Below, piece after piece: positions 36,423 through 44,928 of a stretch of DNA of 64,000 nucleotides. The position numbers and the translations under genes are program-made. The notes beneath the pieces are model-generated. The model was not told the DNA's origin. It saw nothing but the letters and a program-made list of their open reading frames with translations, and searched no databases. Source of the DNA: Patescibacteria group bacterium (lineage in GTDB: Bacteria > Patescibacteriota > Minisyncoccia > UBA6257 > 2-01-FULL-56-20); assembly GCA_038063755.1 (NCBI GenBank), contig JBBTUL010000011.1, positions 3,946 through 67,945 on the forward strand, written 5' to 3'. The number at the start of each line of letters is the position of its first letter. Positions within the stretch are counted from its first letter, which is position 1.

Positions 36423-36959
36423 ATGATTAATCGCTTCACGAACATCATAAAATATCTTTTAGGAATCGGCATCTGTCTTGGCATTCGGTTTCTTCCATTT
36501 CGCGCGCCGAATGTCGAGCCGGTAATGGGGACGCTTATGCCCTTCGCGAAGCGATTCGGTTATCTTTCGGGTTTTCTTTTTGGGTTTGTGAATATTTTCC
36601 TCTATGACATTTTGACCGGAAAGATTGGCATGTGGACATGGGTGACTGCATGCTCGTATGGACTGCTTGGTCTTGCAGCGGGTTTGTTTTTTAAAAACCG
36701 GAAGGGAAGCCCCGCGAACTTTTTCGCGTTTTCTGTGATCGGAACAATTGCCTACGACGCGATTACCGGACTTACGATCGGGCCGGTTTTCTACGGGCAG
36801 CCGTTTTTGAACGCACTCACTGGGCAGATTCCGTTTACCGCATTGCATCTTTTGGGTAACGGCGTTTTCGCTCTTGCTATCTCTCCGCTCATTGATCGCT
36901 TTATCGTTTCGAACAAGAGTATTGAGCTTGCGGTAATACGAGAAAAGTTTGCCACGTAG
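36423..36959 (+). CDS. Small 5-6 TM membrane protein; candidate ECF-type vitamin S-component
   Basis: 178 aa, hydrophobic throughout. The functional guess rests only on size, topology and position next to nrdJ-cobO. Confidence 0.45.
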   Translation: MINRFTNIIKYLLGIGICLGIRFLPFRAPNVEPVMGTLMPFAKRFGYLSGFLFGFVNIFLYDILTGKIGMWTWVTACSYGLLGLAAGLFFKNRKGSPANFFAFSVIGTIAYDAITGLTIGPVFYGQPFLNALTGQIPFTALHLLGNGVFALAISPLIDRFIVSNKSIELAVIREKFAT

Positions 36960-37082
36960 GAGAAAGGGAGAAAACCATTGCAAATGCTTGCGGTTTCCAT
37001 AGATTGACAAAACCTGTGTAAATGTTAATATATAGGGAGCACGAAGAAAATCTATCAACTCTAAAACCCAGGGAGGTCTCTC

Positions 37083-38222
37083 ATGAAGATCGCGCGTTTG
37101 CTTTGTGTCGTGGCGGCGCTACTCAGCGTCGCAACGGAAAGCTTCGGCGCCTCTTCAGGGAGGTCGCCGGAATTTTTCGGGTACAACAATAACCTTTCAA
37201 TCTCTTCTCGGCAAGGTATTACCGCCGAGGCGGCGATGCTCGGTGCGAAAGGCGGGATGAAGTGGTCCCGCTACACGCTTTACTGGAATCGGGTGAACCC
37301 CGAACCGGGAGTGTATGACTGGTCGCAGGTCGACCAGCAGCTCCAGGTTACGTACGACGCCGGTGGCGTTGTATATGTAAACCTGAAGTGGGCTCCGGCT
37401 CATGCGGCGGAGGGGAGGAACACATACCTCCCGTTCTACTGCATGAAGTTGGACGGTTCGGAGCCCGACGGCTTCGATCGTTCCAAGCCGGACTGCACTG
37501 ATCCGGCTCCGCTCGATTCAGCGAAGTTGCGGACAGTCATCCGCGAGTTCCTCACGTCGCATGTACTGGACGTGAAGGCGGGCAGGATTGCCGCGTTTGG
37601 GTGCTTCAACGAACCGGCGGACCAGATCTATTGGCCGCCGGGATCGCCCCAGGAACTCGTGGATCGGGTCCTTCGCCCGTGCGCGGAGGAGGTTCGGAAG
37701 TTTCGGAAGGAAAACCGGATCTCGGCCGCGAAGCTACCGATCGTGGGGCCGGAAGAAATCGATCCGGCCAACCTCGAGCGGATTTTCAAGCTTGAGGAAG
37801 CCGGAAAGATCTCGCTCTTCGACGTGGTAAGTTTTCATCTTTACCACGGTCCGAAGGGTATGGAATACCCGGTGGGACCGCTCACATTCTACGATCATCG
37901 CTACCGGCCGCTCATCGAGCGGTACGGAGCGAATCGTCCCGTCTGGATCACCGAGACAGGCGCAAAGCCCCTCGGTGAGACGTTCGCGGATCTTCGAGAT
38001 CAGGGCGTTCGCTTGGTCTCAATGCTCTCCGAGCTCGAGGCCAGGAGGACGTTCGTCGTAAAGAGCGGCGGGAAGAACATTACCCGCCGAGGAGTTGAGA
38101 AAATTTTCATATATAAACTAGTTGCTGGGTCGTGCCCGGGGAGCGAGTATACGCTTCTCGATTGCACGGGAAAGGTCAAGCCCAGCTACCGCCAGGTGAA
38201 GGCCTTCATTCTCGGCAAGTAG
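37083..38222 (+). CDS. Secreted TIM-barrel glycoside-hydrolase-like protein
   Basis: Signal peptide MKIARLLCVVAALLSVA. The W..VNPEPGVYDW motif resembles GH5/GH39/GH42-type barrels. Locally GC-rich. Confidence 0.5.
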   Translation: MKIARLLCVVAALLSVATESFGASSGRSPEFFGYNNNLSISSRQGITAEAAMLGAKGGMKWSRYTLYWNRVNPEPGVYDWSQVDQQLQVTYDAGGVVYVNLKWAPAHAAEGRNTYLPFYCMKLDGSEPDGFDRSKPDCTDPAPLDSAKLRTVIREFLTSHVLDVKAGRIAAFGCFNEPADQIYWPPGSPQELVDRVLRPCAEEVRKFRKENRISAAKLPIVGPEEIDPANLERIFKLEEAGKISLFDVVSFHLYHGPKGMEYPVGPLTFYDHRYRPLIERYGANRPVWITETGAKPLGETFADLRDQGVRLVSMLSELEARRTFVVKSGGKNITRRGVEKIFIYKLVAGSCPGSEYTLLDCTGKVKPSYRQVKAFILGK

Positions 38223-38234
38223 TTCATCGTTTCT

Positions 38235-38261
38235 CCCGCGGACAACCGCGGGCTTTTTTTT
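38235..38261. terminator. Bidirectional rho-independent terminator (CCCGCGG-acaa-CCGCGGG + T8)
   Basis: Sits between convergent genes. The T-run is on the + side; the A-rich flank on the other side serves the minus gene. Confidence 0.7.
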
Positions 38262-38265
38262 ATAG

Positions 38266-38820
38266 CTAAAGCGAGGTCAGAGAAAGAAAATCGAAAAGCA
38301 CTCTGGTTATTGGGTCCGCATCCGGTCCGTAGACAAGGATTCCGCCCAAGGCACCGGTTAAAAGAAGTGCGGAAAGTCCGAAGAGGGCGAAAAGAAGAAT
38401 GAGTGGGGTTTCGACAACAAGACGAAGAATGCCGGAGAAGAATGCGAAAATCTTTCGAATGGCACTTTCGCTTGGAATCGCAAGGAATGCGAAAATTTTC
38501 TCGTGTAAGTCTTCTCTGATAAGCCAACGAATAAAATAGAGTGCTGTGATGAAGATAAAAATCGCAGTCGTAAGTTCCGCCGCTGATTCATGGAGCTTAA
38601 AGACGGCACTTTCTAGAAATGCTTCTCCCTTTGATTCCGCATCAAGCTCTCCGGTTTTGAGCGTCGCAAGCGCGCCAAGTGTTCCGGTTATGAGGAGGAT
38701 GAGCTTGGTGTTAAACCACGAATTGCTCTCTACGAGCTTCCTGAATCTGAAAAGCTCAAGAAATGCGTAGAGAGAAAGAAGGGCTACCGGGAAATGAACG
38801 AATAAGGGATGTATAACCAT
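38266..38820 (-). CDS. Membrane protein (DUF2231-like HP..VHFP family)
   Basis: N-terminal MVIHPLFVHFPVALL motif. 4-5 TM helices. Confidence 0.55.
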   Translation of the reverse strand: MVIHPLFVHFPVALLSLYAFLELFRFRKLVESNSWFNTKLILLITGTLGALATLKTGELDAESKGEAFLESAVFKLHESAAELTTAIFIFITALYFIRWLIREDLHEKIFAFLAIPSESAIRKIFAFFSGILRLVVETPLILLFALFGLSALLLTGALGGILVYGPDADPITRVLFDFLSLTSL

Positions 38821-38894
38821 GCATTCAGTATATCACCACGAAGGCCCTCTCTTGCGCGAGATGCCTTTTCGCAAGAGTTGTATTTTCTTGTAAT

Positions 38895-39902
38895 TTGTGC
38901 TATAATGCAAAAATGAGAAATTGGCTCAGAGATCATTTTCTTCCGCATCAAGGGAATGAACAAAAGCCGCAGCTGCTCCGCTCGCAAGCGGCGATTCTTC
39001 TTTTTGTCCTGGTTCTTTTCCTAGAGCTTGGATTTTTCCTCCGAACTTCCGTTGACGGGAAACTAGATACGTTTTTTGCCGCAGTTTTGCCGAGCGTCCT
39101 TGTCGACAAGACCAATGAAGTTCGTATTTCAGAGAGGGTTGGGTTATTAAAACAAAGTCCGGCGCTTGAAGTTGCGGCTATCGCCAAGGCGAAGGATATG
39201 GCGAAAAAAGGATATTTTGCGCATACGAGCCCCGACGGAGTGAGTCCGTGGTCTTGGATCAAAGGGGCGGGGTACACATACAGCCATGCGGGAGAAAATC
39301 TTGCGATAAATTTTACGGATTCTCGCGATGTCGTCGATGCATGGCTTGCGTCCCCCCGACATCGTGCAAATCTCTTAAACGGAAAATATACAGAGATCGG
39401 CATTGCGACCGCGGAGGGCGTTTATGAAGGGCGCGACGCGATATTCATCGTTCAGTTTTTTGGACGTCCTGCACGACCGAAAACAAGGCTCGCGGAAAAA
39501 GACACTGACACAATTAATATTTCGCCCTCCGGAGGAAAGAGTGTCTTGGAAAACAGGCCGATTGTTTCGGAGGCGGTTGTTTTAAAAAATACTCAAGCGA
39601 TTGCGGTAAAGGGAGAGATCGATGAAAACTTCATTGCGGAGACTACGGGAAGCACGGTTTCAATGCTCACGCCCTACGCAACCATTTCGCAGAAGATATT
39701 CGCAAATCCGAAGATGACGCTAACGACTCTTTTTTCGATTCTCGCCGCGGCGATTTTTGCAGCGCTACTCTTTATGCTCGCGCTCAACACCCGCATCGTT
39801 CATCCGAAGCTTATCGCGAACGGAATTTTACTCCTTGTTCTTATTGACGGATTTTTCCTTCTGAACGACTATCTTACGCTTGCTCGTTCGAGTATTGAGT
39901 AA
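38895..39902 (+). CDS. CAP/SCP/PR1-like domain protein with N- and C-terminal TM anchors
   Basis: GYFAHTSPDG...YSHAGENLA...ASPRHRANLL matches the bacterial CAP (YkwD-like) domain. Confidence 0.75.
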   Translation: MCYNAKMRNWLRDHFLPHQGNEQKPQLLRSQAAILLFVLVLFLELGFFLRTSVDGKLDTFFAAVLPSVLVDKTNEVRISERVGLLKQSPALEVAAIAKAKDMAKKGYFAHTSPDGVSPWSWIKGAGYTYSHAGENLAINFTDSRDVVDAWLASPRHRANLLNGKYTEIGIATAEGVYEGRDAIFIVQFFGRPARPKTRLAEKDTDTINISPSGGKSVLENRPIVSEAVVLKNTQAIAVKGEIDENFIAETTGSTVSMLTPYATISQKIFANPKMTLTTLFSILAAAIFAALLFMLALNTRIVHPKLIANGILLLVLIDGFFLLNDYLTLARSSIE

Positions 39903-40872
39903 TCGCTTTCCCAAGAACGGCGAGAGCTTCACGCGCGTTTTTGGTTTCCATGAGTTGAACGCGCAATTCGCGAGCTCCAGAAAATCCCTCAACGTAGGAT
40001 TTAAAATGTTTTTTCATATTGGCGAAATTTTTTATGTCGCCCAGTAGTTTTTCAAAATAACCAATGTGTTCGGAAAGTGCCTGTATGCGTTCAGTTGGCG
40101 TCGGGGAGTACCCCGTGAAAAACCACGGGTTGCCGAATAAACCGCGCCCAATCATGACGCCATCGGCACCACTTTCTTTTGCCCTTATTTTCGCCTCTTC
40201 TATCGAGCGGACATCTCCATTTCCGATGATAAGTGTTTTGCTATTTAGTCTGTTGCGAATATCGACAGCCTTTTCGATCGCGTCCCAGTTCGCCGGAACT
40301 TTCGAAAGTTCTTTTTTCGTTCGTGCGTGAAGCGTGATTGCCGCCGGCTCTTCGGCGAGGAGTTCCGGAAGCCAGATGTCGAGTTCGTCCTCCGCATATC
40401 CAATCCTCGTCTTTACGGAAACGGGAAGTCCATTCGACACTTCTTTCGTCACGCGAATAATTTCTCTGGCAACCTTCGGGTTTTTAATGAGCGCCGCTCC
40501 CGCGCCTTGACGGCACACGCCCTTGTCGGGACAACCCATATTAATGTCGACACCGTCAAACCCGAGTTTCGCGACGAGTGCCGAGGCCCTTTTCATGAGT
40601 TCGATGTCGGAAGAAAATATCTGCGCCACGATAGGCCGCTCTTCGGAAGAAAAAAGAAAGTCTTTCGAGAGCACGTCAAAATTGCCGCGGAAAAGGCCGT
40701 CGGCAGAGACAAATTCAGTCCAAAAAACATCTGGGCCGCCCTTGCGATCATTTCGCTTGCTAAGATCGCCGTATTTCACAAACATTTTTCGAAATGCAGC
40801 ATCGGTAACGTTTGCCATGGGTGCAAGGCAGAAAAAAGGACGCGGAAGGTTGTCCCAAAATGATTTTTTCAT
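39874..40872 (-). CDS. dus: tRNA-dihydrouridine synthase
   Basis: FFCLAPMANVTD and the internal Cys motif. The ORF opens at 40920, but ATG 40872 (MKKSFWDN) is the likely start. Confidence 0.85.
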   Translation of the reverse strand: MKKSFWDNLPRPFFCLAPMANVTDAAFRKMFVKYGDLSKRNDRKGGPDVFWTEFVSADGLFRGNFDVLSKDFLFSSEERPIVAQIFSSDIELMKRASALVAKLGFDGVDINMGCPDKGVCRQGAGAALIKNPKVAREIIRVTKEVSNGLPVSVKTRIGYAEDELDIWLPELLAEEPAAITLHARTKKELSKVPANWDAIEKAVDIRNRLNSKTLIIGNGDVRSIEEAKIRAKESGADGVMIGRGLFGNPWFFTGYSPTPTERIQALSEHIGYFEKLLGDIKNFANMKKHFKSYVEGFSGARELRVQLMETKNAREALAVLGKAITQYSNEQA

Positions 40873-40916
40873 GCGAGTCCTGTGTATTGGAGCACGGGGT
40901 CGATGTCGAAGTTTAG

Positions 40917-41318
40917 TCATGTGCTGCCTTTGAGCGAGGAAAAATAGTCTTCTGCTATTTTGTTATCGTGAAATCCAAGGTCCATTTTTTCAATGGTGGA
41001 TTCATCGAAGTACTGGATCTTTTGACCTTCGTGAAGCTGGATGTGTGCCGCATCCAAGTTCATCTTTGCATAGTACATGTGCTCAATCTTTTCCGGCCAA
41101 TCATATGTTCGGAAAAATAAGATATTTGGTATCTTGAGTTCCATTTCCTCTTTCATTTCTCGCGTGATTGCTTCTTGTGGTGTTTCCCCGGCTTCAACTA
41201 CGCCTCCAGGGATGTACCATCGACTTGGATATGGGATATTCGGCTTGTTGTCTCGTAACAAAAGCAGTATTTTGTTATCATCGTTTTGGATAATGATTCC
41301 TACGGTATTCTTCTTCAT
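40917..41318 (-). CDS. NUDIX hydrolase
   Basis: Nudix box GGVVEAGETPQEAITREMKEEMEL. Confidence 0.8.
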   Translation of the reverse strand: MKKNTVGIIIQNDDNKILLLLRDNKPNIPYPSRWYIPGGVVEAGETPQEAITREMKEEMELKIPNILFFRTYDWPEKIEHMYYAKMNLDAAHIQLHEGQKIQYFDESTIEKMDLGFHDNKIAEDYFSSLKGST

Positions 41319-41475
41319 TTTAATGAAGAAAGCCTACAGGGGCGATGCGTGGCGAGGAAAAGTGTCATCGGTACGATGAAGCTTTTCCGCAATTCGGACA
41401 AGAATAAAATTTCGGAGAAATCGGTTGGTGGCAGAGGGGACAGGTGGGGCTTGTCGGCTCTGGTGGTTCCATTAT

Positions 41476-41898
41476 TTAAAAAGCGATGTTGGGGTGCGCC
41501 GCGATGAGCTTTTGCAGTGAGTCCTCGTCTCCAAGCATGCGGAGCACTTCGGCGAATAATCGCTGATCGACCATCTGGCTGTGGTGATATTTTTCCCCGG
41601 CGGGATTCGTGTCGCCTCGCAGTACCCCATAGAGGGCTACCCTCGGATCAAGAGAACCGCTTGAGCTATAGAGGGCAATCCCCGAGACTTTTGCTATAAC
41701 CTCCGCTTCTGCAAAGTGCGGACGATCGAGGGTCGTAGTCTTCTCGGCTCTATCAAGCGCGCTTTGATAGTCTTTTTCGTTGATAATTCCTCCCAAGCTC
41801 TTATATTTCTCGTAGTCGCCCTTCGGTGCATATTGGACGCCCTCCCTCTTCACCCCTTCCTCATCGGGAATTTTTTCTTCGAAAGATCGTTCGTTCAT
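41476..41898 (-). CDS. Hypothetical protein
   Basis: ORF with no recognisable motifs. The ORF opens at 41934; ATG 41898 (MNERSFEEK) is the likely start. Confidence 0.4.
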   Translation of the reverse strand: MNERSFEEKIPDEEGVKREGVQYAPKGDYEKYKSLGGIINEKDYQSALDRAEKTTTLDRPHFAEAEVIAKVSGIALYSSSGSLDPRVALYGVLRGDTNPAGEKYHHSQMVDQRLFAEVLRMLGDEDSLQKLIAAHPNIAF

Positions 41899-41951
41899 GA
41901 TTTGCACTGTAGTCCCCGATGACGGGAAAAGCAAGGCACAAAGGATAGTCT

Positions 41952-42596
41952 TTAGTCGACCTCAGGACGCAAACCGACAAAATCAAAGGTATCTTTGTCG
42001 AACGAAAACTTGGTGAGCGTTCCGGTTTCAACCGAAAACTCCTCGTGCCGATCTCTGCCTGCTTTTCCGAGTATCGGCAAGACGGCCCTGAGGCATCCCT
42101 TGTGCGTGACGATGAGAATATTTTCTCCCGCATCGTTTTCATCCGCTATTTCCTCAAGGGCAGAGAATAGCCTGCGTTCCATCTGTTCCCACGATTCGCC
42201 GCCTTCGGGAATAAAACCGAACCGCCCATCGATGCTCATATTCTCGAGATTCTTTGCAACCTCGAACCACTTCATATCTTTCCATGCTCCCCAGTTGCGC
42301 TCCCGCAAACCGTCTCTTGCTTTGATCGGCAGATTCAAAGCATCCGCAATCACCTCGGCGGTTTGATACGATCGACCAAGCGGGGAGGAATAGATATCTG
42401 TCACGCGAACACCGTTTTTCTTAAAGTAGCTGGCAACCGATACGGCCTCCCGCCTGCCCCGTTCGGTAAGCGGTGCATCATTCATGACGGTGGCTTGATC
42501 GACGAAGACATTGTCCTCGCTTTGCCCGTGCCGGATAAACCAAAAGGATATCTTGGTTGATCTCTTGGAAATCTTTTGTTTTAGGCGTTCGGACAT
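41952..42596 (-). CDS. Histidine phosphatase (phosphoglycerate-mutase-like) family protein
   Basis: RHGQS catalytic motif near the N-terminus. C-terminal LIVTHKGCLRAV motif. Confidence 0.75.
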   Translation of the reverse strand: MSERLKQKISKRSTKISFWFIRHGQSEDNVFVDQATVMNDAPLTERGRREAVSVASYFKKNGVRVTDIYSSPLGRSYQTAEVIADALNLPIKARDGLRERNWGAWKDMKWFEVAKNLENMSIDGRFGFIPEGGESWEQMERRLFSALEEIADENDAGENILIVTHKGCLRAVLPILGKAGRDRHEEFSVETGTLTKFSFDKDTFDFVGLRPEVD

Positions 42597-42773
42597 GTTT
42601 CCTTGTGATGCCTAAGTATAAATCTTGAAAGGAAGAACCTCAAACCTACTTTTTACGAAGCTTGATCGGACTTTCCACTAGGCACCTTGAAAAAATATAT
42701 CGAAAAACGTAATGTTCTGTTAATGCGTTCGATGACTTTTTCCCGAAAACGCGGGGAGCAGTGCGTTTAAAAA

Positions 42774-43592
42774 ATGAAAAAGGCAAGCAAGATAATAACG
42801 CTTAAAAAACTGGGGAAGGTAGTGGAGCCCCGAAAAGTCACTTTGATCAGCGGATCTTTTGACCCATTTAACTCTTACTACCGCAAACTTCTTACGTGGG
42901 CATCGCTCCAGTCAAGACCCTTGGTTGTTGTCGTGCACACCGACAGGGCAGTAAGCATCAGGAGAGGTCTTTCAAGACCAACAGAAAACCAAAAAAAAAG
43001 AGCAGAAAATGTTGCCGGTTTGGATTTTGTCGATTACGTGGTTATTTCAAGTAAGGGTGCCCATGATAAAAAAATCGTAAAGTTGCTCAAGCCCAGGCTT
43101 CTGTTGTTCCAGCAAGACAACACAAGCTTTCTTGCGGGGCTGTTTAGCATAATCAATCGTAAGTTCCCAGGTATCGGAATCCGTGTATCTCCCATAAAAA
43201 AAGAAATCGTTATTTCCACTGTTCCTTCCAAAATTACTCCTAATAATATAAAGAACCCGATCCTGAAAAGGGTATTGGAACTGGCAAGGACATCAACCGC
43301 TCCGGTCGGGAGAGTCTCCGCCGTTTTGGTTTCAAAGAGCAAGGTGCTAGCCGAATCATCTAATCTTGCGGGGGGCGAGCATGCCGAGAAAGTAATTTTA
43401 GATAGATTGTTGGGTAAAAACATGGAAGGATGTTCTTTATACGTTCTCATTCCTCCTTGTCCCATGTGTGCCGACAGCATCATCCGCGCCAAGCTGAAAA
43501 ATGTTTATTACTTATTCAACTACGGAGATAAAATGGGTGTTGAGCGTTTGCATGAGGCGGGTATCGTTGTCAGGAAAATTAAATTGGTATAA
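42774..43592 (+). CDS. Fusion protein: PPAT/cytidylyltransferase-like domain (HxGH degenerated to NSYY) + TadA/CDA-like zinc deaminase
   Basis: N-terminal LISGSFDPFNSYY resembles the (T/G)xFDxxHxGH nucleotidyltransferase fold but lacks both His. C-terminal GGEHAEKV...PCPMCA is the H(A/C)E...PCxxC deaminase zinc site with TadA-like context. Confidence 0.7.
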   Translation: MKKASKIITLKKLGKVVEPRKVTLISGSFDPFNSYYRKLLTWASLQSRPLVVVVHTDRAVSIRRGLSRPTENQKKRAENVAGLDFVDYVVISSKGAHDKKIVKLLKPRLLLFQQDNTSFLAGLFSIINRKFPGIGIRVSPIKKEIVISTVPSKITPNNIKNPILKRVLELARTSTAPVGRVSAVLVSKSKVLAESSNLAGGEHAEKVILDRLLGKNMEGCSLYVLIPPCPMCADSIIRAKLKNVYYLFNYGDKMGVERLHEAGIVVRKIKLV

Positions 43593-43601
43593 CTTGATTG
43601 T

Positions 43602-44429
43602 ATGGAAAAGCTAGATTCCAATATCCCCATCATCCGGCACCTGGAAGACCAGGAAAACATCTTGAAGTTCGGACGCGACGGAGATTTGGTTCCGGGACAA
43701 GAAGAAGCGGCAAGGCGGATCGGAGAAAAAATCCTTGAAGACGCAAAACGAGAGAAAAAAGGAGCGATTATGTTGGTTTGCTCAAACAAAAAAAGGAGCA
43801 CTCAAACGGCGCATTTGGTTGTTGGAGAAATAAAGAAAATCGAAAGCAGTATTAAAACAAGAATCGTTCAAGAAGACCGTTTAGCTCCCATTGATGAAGG
43901 AGGGTTCGTTTTACCGGCCGATTACCGGGAAGGAGAAACATTCGAGGGACTTCCTCTCGCAAACAAGGCTTTCAACAAGGAGGCGTTCGATGAAGCAAAC
44001 GACCTATACAGATTCGGTGACCCCGTTTTACGGAACGACGGAACGTACAAATACCCAGAGTTGGTACCATATTTTAAGAGCTATGGGGAGAGCAACAGAG
44101 ATTTGATGATTAGGATTTATGAGCTCATTATCGAAACGACCCAAAAAATAGACAAATTTGATTCTAGAACAAAAGTTTTTGTTGTAACCCACTCCCAGCT
44201 CTATCAGATTTTTAGAAACTTGATGGTGGTTGCAAAGATGATCAAAACCGAAGGACTTAAGTTTGAGACCGGAGAGGTTCCGAGATTATGCTGGAACGTG
44301 TATCAGAGTAGGACCAAGCAAGAAAAGCCAACCTATGAGGCAAACCTTGTACCGATCGACGACTTGCGCGATCCTGAGATCATAGAATTGCTGAAGAAAG
44401 AAATCGAATATTTAAAAAACCTTACCTAA
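43602..44429 (+). CDS. Divergent histidine-phosphatase-like protein
   Basis: PIIRHLE (RHxE) near the N-terminus and VFVVTHSQL second-His motif. Weak assignment. Confidence 0.45.
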   Translation: MEKLDSNIPIIRHLEDQENILKFGRDGDLVPGQEEAARRIGEKILEDAKREKKGAIMLVCSNKKRSTQTAHLVVGEIKKIESSIKTRIVQEDRLAPIDEGGFVLPADYREGETFEGLPLANKAFNKEAFDEANDLYRFGDPVLRNDGTYKYPELVPYFKSYGESNRDLMIRIYELIIETTQKIDKFDSRTKVFVVTHSQLYQIFRNLMVVAKMIKTEGLKFETGEVPRLCWNVYQSRTKQEKPTYEANLVPIDDLRDPEIIELLKKEIEYLKNLT

Positions 44430-44433
44430 ACCC

Positions 44434-44928
44434 ATGAGCGACGAAAAAGAGCAAAAAATGAACACCAAGTATGTGGGACATCATATTTCTTCTGGGGGTT
44501 TTATCTTCCACGAAGACAAAGACACTGGTCTTCTGTCGGTGCTGCTTATCAAGAACAAAAAGGGAGAGTACTGGATACCAAAAGGCCACATTGAGGAGGG
44601 CGAGGATCAGATAGCTGCGGCATTTAGAGAAATTGAGGAAGAGGTCGGTCTCACGAAAGATCAGTTAACATACATCGGCCTTTGTCATCTGCACAAATTT
44701 TCTTTCGTCGACGACGGCGGGAACCCGAATACCAAGGATGTTTATATGAATCTTTTTGGGGTCCACGAAAAGCATGATCTGAAAAAAGAGGAGGGGGCGA
44801 CGGATCTCACGGATGCGGGATGGTTCGAGTTCTCAAGGGCCCTGGAAATGATCATCCCTTACAGCAAGAACGAGTTGATCAAGGCCAAGGAAATGTTCGA
44901 AAATTATTTACGAAGTTCAAGCTCATGA
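44434..44928 (+). CDS. NUDIX hydrolase
   Basis: Nudix box GHIEEGEDQIAAAFREIEEEVGL. Confidence 0.8.
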   Translation: MSDEKEQKMNTKYVGHHISSGGFIFHEDKDTGLLSVLLIKNKKGEYWIPKGHIEEGEDQIAAAFREIEEEVGLTKDQLTYIGLCHLHKFSFVDDGGNPNTKDVYMNLFGVHEKHDLKKEEGATDLTDAGWFEFSRALEMIIPYSKNELIKAKEMFENYLRSSSS

